Source: Spirochaetia bacterium
GTDB taxonomy: Bacteria; Spirochaetota; Spirochaetia; CADAEX01
Length of the DNA stretch: 64,000 nucleotides
Assembly (NCBI GenBank): GCA_963662795.1
Contig: OY759746.1
Coordinates: forward strand, 128,001-192,000
Direction: 5' to 3'
In this document: positions 9,866 through 21,700 of the stretch, piece by piece
How the letters are laid out: the number at the start of each line of letters is the position of its first letter
Position numbering within the stretch: the stretch's first letter is position 1
Position numbers and translations under genes: made by a program
Notes under the pieces: model-generated
What the model was told of the DNA's origin: nothing
Seen by the model: only the letters and a program-made list of their open reading frames with translations
Databases searched by the model: none

Positions 9866-12520
9866 ATGTTTGCCCTGAATCTTATAAGAAATATATCACT
9901 TATTATCACCTTATCTATAGTTTACCAGATAATAATGAGCTTCAGGATAGAGCCGGGGAAAAGGGAGAAAGTACTTGCAGGGCTGCTGTTCGGCATAATA
10001 GCCATGACCGGAATGATTTCTTCGGTATATTTTGCCCCCGGTCTCTTCTTTGACGGCAGGTCGATAATACTGACTATCGCGGGTTTGTTCGGAGGCCCTT
10101 TACCGGCACTTATATCAGCGGTGATGAGCTCTGCATTCAGATATCACATTGGAGGGGCAGGCACTGCTACAGGGATCCTTACTATAGCAGAATCTGCCGC
10201 AATCGGGACTCTCTTTTATTATCTAAAAAAGAAAAAACCATTTTTCATAACACTTCCCGGGCTTTTTTTTATAGCAGTCCTGGTGCATGTTATTATGCTG
10301 TTTTGCATGCTTGCAATACCTGAAGGATCGGGATTTGCTGTAATGAAGGAGATCGCGTCTCCAGTTCTGCTTGTATATCCTCCGGCAACAGTAATAGTAG
10401 CATTTATATTCCTTAATCAGGAAAAAAGAAGATTTGTTGAAAACTCACTAAAGGTCAGTGAAAAAAAGTACCGGGACTATGTTGAATATTCCCCATACGG
10501 TATTTTTATTACAGACAGTGAAGGAAAATTCATCGAAGTAAACAGAAAGGCCGCTCAAATAACTGGATATAAAAAGAATGAACTGCTGACAATGCGCTTG
10601 TCTGAAATTATAAGTATAGAGGAAAAGAATCGGGTAGAAAGACATTTCAGGGATGCTCTTGAAAAAGGAAACTATTCCGGTGAATTTCCTTTTATAAAAA
10701 AGGAGGGGGATAATTGCTTTATTTCTGTGGATGCGGTTAATCTCGGGAACAATACTGTCATCGGATTTGTGCAGGACATAACTGAACGGAAAAAAACAGA
10801 AGAGAGGCTTAGATACCGGCTCTCCATTGAAATGATAATAACCTCATTTACAACTGCACTTGTAAGCAGCGATTTATACGATGTGGACAGGGAAATTCGG
10901 ACTGCATTAAAATTACTTGGCAATGTTACCGGAACAGACAGGGTATATCTATTTCTCTATAACCGGGAAATTTCAGAATTCTCCAATACACATGAGTGGT
11001 GTGCTGAGGGTATTGCTGCCTACATAGGTAACTTTAAAAATCTTCCTGTTGATTCCTATCCATGGTGGACAGGAAAAATGAAAAATAATTCAGTTGTGAT
11101 CTTTCAGGATATCAATGATATGCCTGATAAGTCTGATAATTTAAAAGGAATATTCATAGAGCATAATATTTTATCTATTGCAGTTATTCCTTTGTTTTAT
11201 GATGGAAAGCTCACCGGATTTATGGGATTTGATTCAATTAAAAAAAGGAAAAAATGGACTGAGGATAATATCGATCTTTTGAAATTGACAGGTAACATAT
11301 TCTGCAGCGCATTAGTCAGAAAAAAGGAACTTGAGGAAAAAAGTAAACTCAATGAGCAGCTTGTTCAGATTCAAAAACTGGAGTCGATCGGGCGTCTTGC
11401 GGGGGGTGTGGCGCACGACTTCAACAACATACTGCAGGTTATTATGGGTTTCGCGGAAATGGCAATGGAAGATATACCGCCCGATTCCGGCACTCTTAAA
11501 AATTATCTTGAAGAAATATACAAAGCGGCAAAACGTTCAGCAGAACTTACCGGACAGCTTCTTGCATTTGCCCGCAGACAGACCGCAAACCCCGAGATTA
11601 TTAATCTTAACGAGGTTATTGAAAACACTATAAAAATGCTTAAAAGGCTGATTGGAGAGAATATCGAGCTTATATGGAACCCTTCAGATAACCTCTGGAA
11701 TACAAGGATTGACATTTCACAGGTAAATCAGCTTATAACAAACCTTTGCATTAACTCACGGGATGCGCTGGAAGGGAAAAGAGGTGGTAAAATAATTATT
11801 GAAACCCGCAATACTGCAGTTGATGAGACATACCGGAAAAAGAATGCTTATTTTGTACCCGGGGAATATGTAATGCTTGCAGTCAGTGACAACGGGAAAG
11901 GGATGGACAGGGAAACAATTTCTCATATCTTTGAACCTTTTTACACAACAAGGGGAAAAGAAGGGACCGGACTCGGGCTTTCTACTGTTTACGGAATTAT
12001 GAAGCAGAACAATGGATATATAAATACCCGCAGCGAAGTTGACGCAGGAACAACTATGGAACTGTACTTTAAAAGATATTCGGAACACATTTCTCCTGCA
12101 TTACAGACAATTCATGAACAGGAAATAAAAATGCTGTCACAAAAGACAATATTAATTGTTGAAGATGAGGCAACAATATTATCACTTGCCTCAGAGATAC
12201 TTAAAAAGGCAGGGTTTAAGGTCCTAACGGCTGAAAACGGAGAAAAAGCTGTTTCTCTTTCCGGCAGAAGCAATAATAAAATTGATCTTCTGATTACGGA
12301 TGTTGTTCTGCCTGAAATGAACGGAAAAAAACTCGCGGAAAAATTTTCAGCGTTAATGCCCGGCATTAAAACACTTTTCATGTCAGGCTACACGGCAAAT
12401 GTTATAGCCCATCAGGGGATACTTGATGAGGGGATAAATTTTATCCAGAAACCTTTTTCAGTAAAGGACCTGTTGACAAAGGTTAATCAGATTCTCACAG
12501 AGGACAGCCAGACTGTTTAA
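9866..12520 (+). CDS. Hybrid sensor kinase (5TMR-LYT-like membrane domain, PAS, GAF, HisKA, HATPase, receiver)
   Basis: TM region with DGRSI...GLFGGP, PAS ending QDITERK, GAF, GVAHDFNNIL, GTGLGL, LITDVVLP. Confidence 0.9.
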   Translation: MFALNLIRNISLIITLSIVYQIIMSFRIEPGKREKVLAGLLFGIIAMTGMISSVYFAPGLFFDGRSIILTIAGLFGGPLPALISAVMSSAFRYHIGGAGTATGILTIAESAAIGTLFYYLKKKKPFFITLPGLFFIAVLVHVIMLFCMLAIPEGSGFAVMKEIASPVLLVYPPATVIVAFIFLNQEKRRFVENSLKVSEKKYRDYVEYSPYGIFITDSEGKFIEVNRKAAQITGYKKNELLTMRLSEIISIEEKNRVERHFRDALEKGNYSGEFPFIKKEGDNCFISVDAVNLGNNTVIGFVQDITERKKTEERLRYRLSIEMIITSFTTALVSSDLYDVDREIRTALKLLGNVTGTDRVYLFLYNREISEFSNTHEWCAEGIAAYIGNFKNLPVDSYPWWTGKMKNNSVVIFQDINDMPDKSDNLKGIFIEHNILSIAVIPLFYDGKLTGFMGFDSIKKRKKWTEDNIDLLKLTGNIFCSALVRKKELEEKSKLNEQLVQIQKLESIGRLAGGVAHDFNNILQVIMGFAEMAMEDIPPDSGTLKNYLEEIYKAAKRSAELTGQLLAFARRQTANPEIINLNEVIENTIKMLKRLIGENIELIWNPSDNLWNTRIDISQVNQLITNLCINSRDALEGKRGGKIIIETRNTAVDETYRKKNAYFVPGEYVMLAVSDNGKGMDRETISHIFEPFYTTRGKEGTGLGLSTVYGIMKQNNGYINTRSEVDAGTTMELYFKRYSEHISPALQTIHEQEIKMLSQKTILIVEDEATILSLASEILKKAGFKVLTAENGEKAVSLSGRSNNKIDLLITDVVLPEMNGKKLAEKFSALMPGIKTLFMSGYTANVIAHQGILDEGINFIQKPFSVKDLLTKVNQILTEDSQTV

Positions 12521-12593
12521 TCCGGCAATTCTTACTTTGGTTCACCTGCTGCCAAAAAAACAGACAGCTGCTTAATAAACAAAGGTACTGTTT

Positions 12594-13076
12594 TCATTTC
12601 AAACCGTCAAGCAGTTTTACCGCCTCATCAACAGTATCCCATTTTTCGGAAAAGATGCCGCCGCTTTGTCCTTTTATTTTTTTCATTATCATCCGGATGA
12701 AAAAATTATGCTGATCAGGATCGAACCTTCCCCCAATCCAGAGCTTTCCTGCCGCCCTCTCAAGCAGTGCCATAGGAAAGGTATTTTCAAAATACTGCCC
12801 GTATTCCTTTTCCTCAAGCCCGGACAAAACAAGAATAATATTTTCCCTGTCCAGCAGTTGAACGTTAAGTCTGCAGAAATTTTTAAATTTCTTTCCGGCA
12901 GATCCGGCATGGATTGATGAAGCAAGTATAACAGTGTCAACCTGCTCAATTTCACCTGATGGTATTCCTTTTTTCACATCAAAAACTGTAAAACTTTCAC
13001 CATACCTTTTAGCAAGTTTTTCACCCCATTCAGAAACATAACCTTTATCAGAACTGTAAATAAAAACTGTTTTCAT
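12594..13076 (-). CDS. Flavodoxin-domain protein (HemG/Flavodoxin_5-like)
   Basis: YSSDKG, VILASSIHAG, GGRFD and C-terminal KWDTV pattern. Confidence 0.7.
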   Translation of the reverse strand: MKTVFIYSSDKGYVSEWGEKLAKRYGESFTVFDVKKGIPSGEIEQVDTVILASSIHAGSAGKKFKNFCRLNVQLLDRENIILVLSGLEEKEYGQYFENTFPMALLERAAGKLWIGGRFDPDQHNFFIRMIMKKIKGQSGGIFSEKWDTVDEAVKLLDGLK

Positions 13077-13094
13077 TACTTATCTCCAATTGTA

Positions 13095-13514
13095 TCAGTT
13101 TGAGGGTTCAAACGGCTCTATCCAGTCATCATCCCCGCCGATAAAAGCAGGTATGCTGATAAGATACACAGGCACACCCGTCTTAAGATGGAATGATTTT
13201 TTAATAATTTTCTCATTACCGTCATCTCCGGGAAATGTTACGGTAATAGCATGACGCTGTCCTGAGACTTCAATTTTTATCCTGTCTTTTTTAAGCAGTT
13301 CCTCTTCATTTCTGCTGCCGATACGTACCTCAACTACATTAAGTTCACGGTAAATTTTTTCCCCTTTTTCTATTGTTTTATTATCTATAAGCAGGGTATG
13401 CGCTTTCCCCCCGAAGAAAAGAAATACGGCAAGTATCAGCATGAATAATATAAATCCGGCCCTTACGAGAGTCCTTCTTGCCCTGATATTTCCGGATATG
13501 GCAAAGTTACTCAA
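13095..13514 (-). CDS. Membrane-anchored accessory protein of the ABC operon (DUF6672-like)
   Basis: One N-terminal TM, GKAHTLLIDNK motif; overlaps the permease stop codon. Confidence 0.6.
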   Translation of the reverse strand: MSNFAISGNIRARRTLVRAGFILFMLILAVFLFFGGKAHTLLIDNKTIEKGEKIYRELNVVEVRIGSRNEEELLKKDRIKIEVSGQRHAITVTFPGDDGNEKIIKKSFHLKTGVPVYLISIPAFIGGDDDWIEPFEPSN

Positions 13515-14620
13515 TCTCTCACCTCCTGTGCATCAGCGAGGGCAATCCCTGCCCTTGCCTTATCCCTCTGTTTTCTTATGGCATAAAGGACAAGAGAAAT
13601 TGATATTACACCGTATGAGACAAATACCCTGAAATATTCTCCAAGCTGGGCCTGGCCTATAAGGTTTTTACCTGCCATTGGAGAGATTACAAACATAAGA
13701 TGAAAAAGAACCACACCAAGAATTGCGTTGCCTATCTTTGCCCTGTTGACAGATGCACCGCCGACAAGAAGGGCGGCAATCGAAAACATGCCTACCTGCT
13801 CATGAGAATTGTATGTATTCATGGTTCCGATATTCTGAAGGTAGATAACCATTCCAAAACCTGCAAGGACTGTCGATATAATTATTGAGATTATCCTTGT
13901 TCTTGCGACATCAATTCCGGAAGCCTCTGCTACAGCCATGTCCTGCCCTATTGCCCTCATATCCTGCCCCAGTTTTGTTCTTCTGAACCAGATGATAAAA
14001 ACGCACAAGACAGCAATTAACGTAAAAGTTGCGACAGGGATAAGCGTGGTTCCTATTTTAAGGGGAAGCAGTTTGTCCAGAGACTGACGTATTCCTGTAA
14101 GATTTACGGCATTTCGTATGCCGTATCCCCGCGACAGCACAATTGATTCACTGGCAATGGGAATAACACTTCCCATGCCGTAAAGGACAACAAGCTGATA
14201 CACTCCGTTCATGAAAAAACCCAGTATATAACTTGTAACCATCTCCCTCCCCTTTGCCCTGTTAAGGATTTTCCCGCACATCCAGCCGAGAAGAACGGAT
14301 AAAGGGATTGAGAGAATCATCGCCAGAAACATTCCATGAAGACCTGTTATATTCCAGTCAGTTATGAAAATAAGACCGATTTCTCCGGCCATTGCGCCAA
14401 GTACCATTCCGAAGTTAAGCCCCATTCCCGCCATTATGGGAAGGAGAAGAGCCAGGACAAGGAAAAGATTACGGACAAGCCGTACAATAATTTCATTGAA
14501 TAAATATCTGACTGAAAAACCGGAAAGAGGAAGAGCAAATGCGATTATGATTACAAAAAGGATCGGGACAAGGTTTGTTTCAAGGAATTTGATAACAGTA
14601 TCTTTGTCTTTCTTAAGCAT
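13511..14620 (-). CDS. ABC transporter permease
   Basis: Polytopic; TKLGQDMRAIGQD...ASGI EAA-like loop. Confidence 0.9.
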   Translation of the reverse strand: MLKKDKDTVIKFLETNLVPILFVIIIAFALPLSGFSVRYLFNEIIVRLVRNLFLVLALLLPIMAGMGLNFGMVLGAMAGEIGLIFITDWNITGLHGMFLAMILSIPLSVLLGWMCGKILNRAKGREMVTSYILGFFMNGVYQLVVLYGMGSVIPIASESIVLSRGYGIRNAVNLTGIRQSLDKLLPLKIGTTLIPVATFTLIAVLCVFIIWFRRTKLGQDMRAIGQDMAVAEASGIDVARTRIISIIISTVLAGFGMVIYLQNIGTMNTYNSHEQVGMFSIAALLVGGASVNRAKIGNAILGVVLFHLMFVISPMAGKNLIGQAQLGEYFRVFVSYGVISISLVLYAIRKQRDKARAGIALADAQEVRD

Positions 14621-15660
14621 CAGTGCGCCCCCTTCTTCACCCTGGTGAGTGCATACAGAATCATGCCGTTAGAGACAATTATGCGGATAACCTCCGACAT
14701 GTCCATCTGGATGATGGAGTTCATTACAGAGGGCGTCATTGTAAGGATACCCTGGAACAGAAATGCCCCGATCAGCACATTCATTATCGAGGCCTTGTTT
14801 ACCGACGCACCGCCGATCAGAATCGCGGCAACAGCCGGAAAAGCCATGTAAAACGGCCCCATATAAAGCTGAATAAATCCGAAGCTCTGCTGATATACAA
14901 TAATTCCCACCGCTCCGAGCCATGTTGAAAGGATAACCGATATTGTTCTCATTCTGTCGATATTTACACCGGAAGCCCTTGCGAAGACAGGATTTGACCC
15001 GACAGCTGTCATTGCTGTTCCGGTTTTTGTATGGAGGAAAGCCCAGACAAGAAAACAGATAAAACCCATAAAGAGAAGCATACCGGTCGGAAGGAGAAAT
15101 GTTCCGATTCTGACAGCAAGAAAATTGCTTAACGCATGCAGATAGAATCCCTCAACCGATATTGTTGTCCGAAGGCCCACTCCTTCATACCCCCAGACCA
15201 TTGTCGGGCTGCTGTAGGGAAGGAGAAGCCACATCATGCACATGAAAGCGACAGATGAAAAACCGACATAGGTCGCGATCATCATTTCATTACCCTTTAC
15301 ACGGTTAAGCAGAGTGCCGTATCCCCAGCCGAAGACAAGAGCGAAAGGGGTTGCGGCAAGAATTGCAATAAATAAAGACGCAGCGCCTATGCCTCCAAGC
15401 TCTATAGTGATAGTTGCTCCAAGAAGCCCGGCAATTATGCCAAGAGGGAGGCCGAAGTTGAGGCCGCATCCTGAATGGATCATTGGGACCAGTGCAAGTA
15501 CCATGATTCCGTTCATCCCGAACCGGATAAGGGTATCGCTTAATGATGTTCCGATTTTTACCTGCGCGAAAGGGGCTGCAATAAACAGGCTGAAAAGAAA
15601 AAATCCAATTATCAGACGCGGCCAGCCGGTTTTTTCAACAATCCTGTCAAGAGTCTTCAT
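14620..15660 (-). CDS. ABC transporter permease
   Basis: Polytopic; TKTGTAMTAVGSNPVFARASGVN loop. Confidence 0.9.
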   Translation of the reverse strand: MKTLDRIVEKTGWPRLIIGFFLFSLFIAAPFAQVKIGTSLSDTLIRFGMNGIMVLALVPMIHSGCGLNFGLPLGIIAGLLGATITIELGGIGAASLFIAILAATPFALVFGWGYGTLLNRVKGNEMMIATYVGFSSVAFMCMMWLLLPYSSPTMVWGYEGVGLRTTISVEGFYLHALSNFLAVRIGTFLLPTGMLLFMGFICFLVWAFLHTKTGTAMTAVGSNPVFARASGVNIDRMRTISVILSTWLGAVGIIVYQQSFGFIQLYMGPFYMAFPAVAAILIGGASVNKASIMNVLIGAFLFQGILTMTPSVMNSIIQMDMSEVIRIIVSNGMILYALTRVKKGAH

Positions 15661-17255
15661 TTTGCACCCCCTGATACAGATGCTGTACCAAGCATGAGAA
15701 GGCCGAATTCCGCAGCAGGCCTTGTAGCCGGCAGTATCCCGGCGATTTTACCTTCATCTACTATTGCTATCCTGTCGCAGACTGAGCGCAGTTCTTCAAG
15801 TTCTGATGAAATCATGATTATTGTTGTCCCTTTTTCCCTGTTGTTTTTTATAAGCGTATCAAGTACAATCTTTTTTGCGCCCACATCAATACCCCTTGTA
15901 GGTTCTGATACAAAAAGCACACGGGGTTCCACAATAAAAGCTTTGGCAAGGCATATTTTCTGCTGATTTCCACCGGAAAGTTCCTGTGCTTTTTGAGAAT
16001 ATCCTGTGCACTTTATCTCAAGGGCATCTATAAATCCTTTTGCGGCATTCTGAATTGCCTTTTCATCCCGCCACTTTACAAGATTTCCAAACATCGGCTT
16101 TAAAAATTTATTCTGGACCTGCATGGCGGTAAAAGAAATATTCCAGTCAAGAGGCTCATCAAGAAGAAGCCCGACATCACGTCTGTCTTCCGAAACAAAA
16201 GCCATACCGCTGTCCAGCGCTGTACGCGGGCTGTTAAGGCTGATCTTTTTCCCGTCAAGGATTACTTCTCCCCCTCCGGGGAACAACCCCATAATACCGT
16301 TGGGGATACCAAGTTTCCCCTGCCCGGCGAGTCCGCCTATTCCGAATATTTCACCCTCATTTACATTAAAAGAAACATCCCTGACAGTTTCACCCGGCAT
16401 GTTGACCCAGAGCCTGCTTACAGAGAGAAAAGTCTTGTCAAATACTCTTGCATCCTCCCGCTTGGATACTTCCAGTTCCCTTCCGACCATTGCCTCGGCA
16501 ATTTCTGAAATATTGGTTGATGAAGTCGGTTTTTCCTGAATAATCCTTCCGTCCCGCAGGATAAGTATTTTATCTGTTATATTAATAATTTCCCTTAGGC
16601 GGTGTGATATGAATATTATTGAAATCCCATCGCTGGAAAGTTTTTTCATGGATTTTAAAAGTATTTCCGCTTCCGATTCCGTAAGAACCGCTGTCGGCTC
16701 ATCAAGGACAAGAAGCTTAATATTATCTTTTTCAAGTTCTCTCGCAATTTCCGTAAACTGTTTATGCCCTACAGGCATATCGCTTATCAGCATATCTTCG
16801 TGAAGCTGAACCCCGACTTTTCCTATTGCTTTAAGCGCCCTTTTTCTCATGTCCTTTCTGTCGAGGTTTTTCATCCTGTCGCCAAAGAGCTCAGTCATAA
16901 AGTTGTTTTTTGTTGATTCCCTGTTTAAAAGTATGTTTTCTGTTGCTGTAAATCCCGGCAGAAGTGAAAACTCCTGGTGTACCATCCCTATTCCGTCGTC
17001 AAGCGCCTCAAACGGTGTTTTGTATGAAACAGGTTTACCATCAAGAAAAACCTCTCCGCTGTATCCGCCTGTATCACGTATAACAGTCATCCCGAAAAGT
17101 ATTTTCATTAATGTGGTCTTACCTGCACCGTTTTCCCCTACAAGTCCGAGTATTTCCCCTTTTTCAAGCTTGAAGCTTACATTTTTAAGTACGGGATTCC
17201 CGAAGAAATCCTTGCTTATGTTTTTCATTTCAAGAAGAGGGCTTTTATCTTTCAT
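15657..17255 (-). CDS. Sugar-type (CUT2) ABC transporter ATP-binding protein with two NBDs
   Basis: GENGAGKTT Walker A, LDEPT, LSGGNQQK, EPTRGIDVGAK. Confidence 0.95.
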   Translation of the reverse strand: MKDKSPLLEMKNISKDFFGNPVLKNVSFKLEKGEILGLVGENGAGKTTLMKILFGMTVIRDTGGYSGEVFLDGKPVSYKTPFEALDDGIGMVHQEFSLLPGFTATENILLNRESTKNNFMTELFGDRMKNLDRKDMRKRALKAIGKVGVQLHEDMLISDMPVGHKQFTEIARELEKDNIKLLVLDEPTAVLTESEAEILLKSMKKLSSDGISIIFISHRLREIINITDKILILRDGRIIQEKPTSSTNISEIAEAMVGRELEVSKREDARVFDKTFLSVSRLWVNMPGETVRDVSFNVNEGEIFGIGGLAGQGKLGIPNGIMGLFPGGGEVILDGKKISLNSPRTALDSGMAFVSEDRRDVGLLLDEPLDWNISFTAMQVQNKFLKPMFGNLVKWRDEKAIQNAAKGFIDALEIKCTGYSQKAQELSGGNQQKICLAKAFIVEPRVLFVSEPTRGIDVGAKKIVLDTLIKNNREKGTTIIMISSELEELRSVCDRIAIVDEGKIAGILPATRPAAEFGLLMLGTASVSGGAK

Positions 17256-17353
17256 TTATGTACCCCGCTGCCGTGTTTTGCTTATGATATTCCAACAGCA
17301 GGGCAGATTCCGGCTGACCGGGCGTTTCCTGAGCTGCTGATGCATCAACAAAG

Positions 17354-17382
17354 AAAAAGCGGGACTTAAGGCGTCCCGCTTT
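17354..17382 (-). terminator. Intrinsic terminator or stabilising hairpin after the binding-protein gene
   Basis: AAAGCGGGAC...GTCCCGCTTT inverted repeat followed by a T-tract on the minus strand. Confidence 0.65.
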
Positions 17383-17397
17383 GTGAAAATTAAATTT

Positions 17398-18627
17398 TTA
17401 TTTTACACTGAAATATTTTTCCGGTACTGTTACATCCGGTGTACCCATATAACCCTTACCCATCATGTATGTATCCTGATAGATAAGAACATGGTTGTTT
17501 GCCCTGACACCTGTTGCAACATCGGTATAAAATCCGCCGTTCCATTTCGCGCCCGGTGTGTATTTGTTATATGCTTTCATAAGATCAGACATTTTGAGAA
17601 GTTCAGCTTCGCCGTTGATAACATTCATGGCATGCTGACCGAGAGCTGCAGTTGTTGTATAGCCGTATGAATAAGCCCATGTACCGAATCTTCCGGCTCC
17701 GCCCTTATCCTTGATTGTTGATTCAACTTTCGCAAGGATGGCAGGGAAATCACCCTTTTCAGCTGAAAGGTCAATTCCGAGAGCTCCCGGATATCCCATC
17801 AATGGAGAAGGAAGATCTGCTTCGATAAAGTACCCGCCGTATTCAATAAGCTGTTTGAGAAGAGGTTCTGTATGTGCGTCATTTGTACAGAAGAAAGCTG
17901 TGTTTTTTCCGTATTTGGCAACCCATGCCGGTACTTTCTCAAGAATAAACTGCTGAGCGCCGGCAACGCCTACATCGCTTGTAGGATCCGGTGCTGTTTC
18001 AAAGACAAACTTGATTCCAAGGTCTTTGCATGCAGCTTCGAAAATTGCCCTTCTTCTTCCAAGTGTCTCATAACTCATGTGTCTCGGGAATGAAATGTGT
18101 ACGAAAGTGTCAACACCGAGTTTTTTCGCAGTATCTATAATAAGAAATCCGCGGGAAACAAAATCGCTGTTTATTGCAAGGTCAGCAGCGCTTTCAATTA
18201 CAAGAGGATCCTCATGCGCTTCACCTGCGATAAGGATAATATCATCTCTCTTTTCCTTGACTCTGCGAAAACCTTCCGTTGTTCCGGGAATTGCCTGGTT
18301 AACAACAATTGCCTTCATCAGCGGATCATCGGCAAGACCTACAATCTGTGAAATGGTTGTTTCCATTTCCTGCATAAAATTGTCAGGATAAGTTACATGC
18401 TGAATCATCCCGCCGTCAGCTACTGAACCGTATTCCTCGATTAATCGTTCTGCTCCACGCAAATCGTCTTCCGACTGGGAAACAGTTCCTGTAACAACAC
18501 CGATGTGATAAGCAGCTCCTGCTTTTTCATCTTTCGGCGCTTCTTTCTTACAGGATATCAGCATTCCTCCGGAGAGTACTGCCATAGCTGTAATAAGAAG
18601 AAAAACCCTAAAAAAACTCTTTTTCAT
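17398..18627 (-). CDS. ABC substrate-binding lipoprotein (DUF3798-like)
   Basis: Lipobox LISC, GTVSQSED, HISFPRHMSY, TAPDP, CTNDA motifs; first gene of the ABC operon. Confidence 0.8.
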   Translation of the reverse strand: MKKSFFRVFLLITAMAVLSGGMLISCKKEAPKDEKAGAAYHIGVVTGTVSQSEDDLRGAERLIEEYGSVADGGMIQHVTYPDNFMQEMETTISQIVGLADDPLMKAIVVNQAIPGTTEGFRRVKEKRDDIILIAGEAHEDPLVIESAADLAINSDFVSRGFLIIDTAKKLGVDTFVHISFPRHMSYETLGRRRAIFEAACKDLGIKFVFETAPDPTSDVGVAGAQQFILEKVPAWVAKYGKNTAFFCTNDAHTEPLLKQLIEYGGYFIEADLPSPLMGYPGALGIDLSAEKGDFPAILAKVESTIKDKGGAGRFGTWAYSYGYTTTAALGQHAMNVINGEAELLKMSDLMKAYNKYTPGAKWNGGFYTDVATGVRANNHVLIYQDTYMMGKGYMGTPDVTVPEKYFSVK

Positions 18628-18666
18628 TGCTATCTCCTTTTTATGTTCGTATTACTACAACATAGC

Positions 18667-18695
18667 ATTGTACAGTCAGCAACGTGTTTGTTCAA
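18667..18695 (-). promoter_or_regulatory. Sigma70-like promoter of the ABC operon
   Basis: TTGAAC-17 nt-TACAAT on the minus strand. Confidence 0.5.
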
Positions 18696-18769
18696 CTATT
18701 ATTTTGATTTATTTTCTACTTTATGGAGCAGGCGGATCATCAACACTGCTTTCTGCATCAGGCGGATAT

Positions 18770-21700
18770 TTAATTTCCTCTATCCGCGGTTTCAAGACGC
18801 TGCCTTATATAACATTTTTCGGCAAACATAGCCATTTCCGCTTCAAGGTTTGAAAGCTCTGAATCGCCGAAAACCCCGGTGAGGTAAGGGATAACCCTTT
18901 TTGCCGGATTTTTTTCACTGATTTTTTTTATATCTATCAGCGATTGTATTTTGGATGATGCGACACATTCCTGCATGCAGCCGAAAGGTTCAAGCTGATA
19001 TACCCCGCTTAATCCTTCTGAATTACTGTTTATAAAATCATGGGTTATGCCTATTGAAATTCCAGCCTCTCCCTTGATCCTTACATCAAAAATATTTTCC
19101 CGCCTGAGTTCGTTATAAAGATCAATCGGCCTTCTGAACCTGCGGTGAGCAAGGATACTGCTGAAAGGAAGGGAAAGTCCCTTTTCAACCTTCATCATAT
19201 AAAGCCCTTTTACAAGAGCTCCAAACCACAGGAGATATCTTTTTTCCTTCCAGTAAGCGGCCCTCTGCATCTTGTTGACATATTCAAACATGTCGGCAAG
19301 CAGCCTCGGTACTATCTCAAGTTTGAATGATTCAAGCTTTAATATCGAATTCTCATTTGCCCCGGTATGGCTTCTTACAAATATTTCACCAAACAGGCTT
19401 ACAAGTGGATAGCGCTTTGCTATATTCGCATCAATTTCCCGGCATCTTTCCGAAGCGGTTTTCATAAATGCTGTAAGCTTTTTATAATCGCAGCCCTCCC
19501 CTACAATCTGAAGGAATTCCTTGCGTATTTCCGCGAAAAAGGCCTCTGTTGACCCTTCTACAATTTCGTAAGGTCTGATGCTCAGCTGCGCATTCATCAG
19601 TATGTCAGAGGCTATTGCGGCTTTTGCTATATTCCGCCTTATTATGCTTCTTTCCTTTCTGCTTACGGGAAGATTTTCCCAGTCAAGATAGGCAGCAGGA
19701 TTTACAATGGAAACACGGTCAAACCCGCATTCATCAAGAAACTGTTTTACAATTATGTGATACTGGCCAAGGCGGCACGGGCCGCCGGCCATGGGAACAA
19801 AAACAGCAAGATCATTATTCGGATCAAGACCTTCCCTCTGCTTGGAGTGAACCCACGCGAATACATCTCCGAACAGGATATGCATCGGCAGGCAGTTATT
19901 TGTTATAAGGTATTTTCTTGCCCAGGCTTCCGACTCCTGGGTTTTACTCGGCATTGCCTCTGCCCTGTAGCCTGCGGATTTAAAGACAGCTACCAGCATC
20001 TCAGATGACTCAGTCCCCATATCAGGTATTCCAAGTATTCTTTTTTTAAGATCATCTGTTTCCCTGTATTCCGTTTCAAGGTCCTTTAATGTAATTTTTT
20101 GCGGTATATGGTTTTTAACTACTTCAAAGTTTGCCATTGCCCGGGTTCCGAACTGTGCATTGCTGTTGTGACCGTCAGTCTGAAGGGTAAGGTAGGGTTT
20201 TCCTGTAATGTCAAAAATTCTTCCTTCATGATAGGAGAGCATGGCATCAGGGCCGCAGTTGAAATTTGTTTCCCGTACACCATACAGGTTGGGGTCGAGG
20301 GCCGCAAGAAGGTTGTACCGGGTCATTTCCCGCCCCTGAAACCAGTACATGTGTCTTACTATATCTGTAAAATCATAATCAGGCTGCTCAAGAAAAAAAC
20401 AGGGGATAAAATGGAGGCCGTTCATTATAAACAGCTCGTGAATTTTGGAACTCGCCATATTGTCGAATATTGTATAACCGCGGCCTATGCCGAGGAATAT
20501 TTTTTCATTCTTCTTTTTTAGTTTTTCAACTATTCCGCTGCCTATCCTGTGCATTCTTGCATTAAAATCTTCCTGTGTTTTTAAGGCTTTTTTTACTGCT
20601 GATGCAACTTTCCTGCCGGTTAAAGATTTTGCATATTCTGTTCCGGCAAATGCCCGCTTCAAATCTATAATGATGTCATCCTCAAGCTTGTAGATATCAT
20701 CATTAAAGACAAGAACAGGGAGAAGCACATCGGATGATTCAATCTTCAGCGCGTCTTTTGCCGCAAATCCGGCGCCGGAAACATAGGGGCATGTTTTTGA
20801 CTGGTTCTGGGGAGCTTTTTCCTCTCCGCTTCCCAGGTAGTTTACAAGCAGTATTTTATCTATCCCGTGCCGCATACACTCTTTCAGATAAGCAGTGTGT
20901 CCGTAATGAAGTTTTGAAGGATAACAGGATTCTGAGTGGGAATGGGCGATGCCGAGGGAGGCGATATATTCATCCGATTCAGGCGATACAAAAACGCTGA
21001 ACCCCAGATAATGATAAAGCGATGCGAAAAAAACGCCCCTTTCATTAAGAAAATGGAGAGACCTCGGGATATAGACTGCAGCTGAACCGCCAGTTGCTGC
21101 TTCCTGATCAGTTTTACGCGCAGGAGATGAATATTTTGACAGCTCCTTATCAAGCTCATTTTTATAAAGTGCTATATAATCGGGAGATCTTTTTGAAGAG
21201 CCCTGAGTATTTCCCTTGGGACAAAGTCCTCCTGAAAAAACCATCTCATCCCCGGTTTTATATACCTGAAGCCGGCAGTCCCGCGTCCCGCAGGAATCAG
21301 GAATTACAGCACTGCAGTCAGCGTTTAATTTTTCAAACCCGATATCAGCGACGCCAAATCCCCTGAACCTGCATAAAGGAGATTTCCCCTCCTTCAAAAT
21401 GCTGTTTACCCTGTTAAAAGCAACAAGAGCGGCTCCCATTGCTCCGAACAGCTGCCGGTGGGGAAAAGCATGAATTTCAGCTCCTGTATGAAGGGCAAGC
21501 GCTGCAAGACATTCCAGCCCCTTGAACGGGCCTCCCTGCGCAGAGGCAAGAGAGCCGAATTTTTCGTTACCTACGAATTTATTGGAATATCCTCCCATAA
21601 ATCCGTAAGCGGTAGCGGCAGCGACCTCTTCTATCGGAAATCCGAGCGCAACAAGTTTTAAAATATCGGCTTCAGTGAAAATAGCGCACATTTCATCAGA

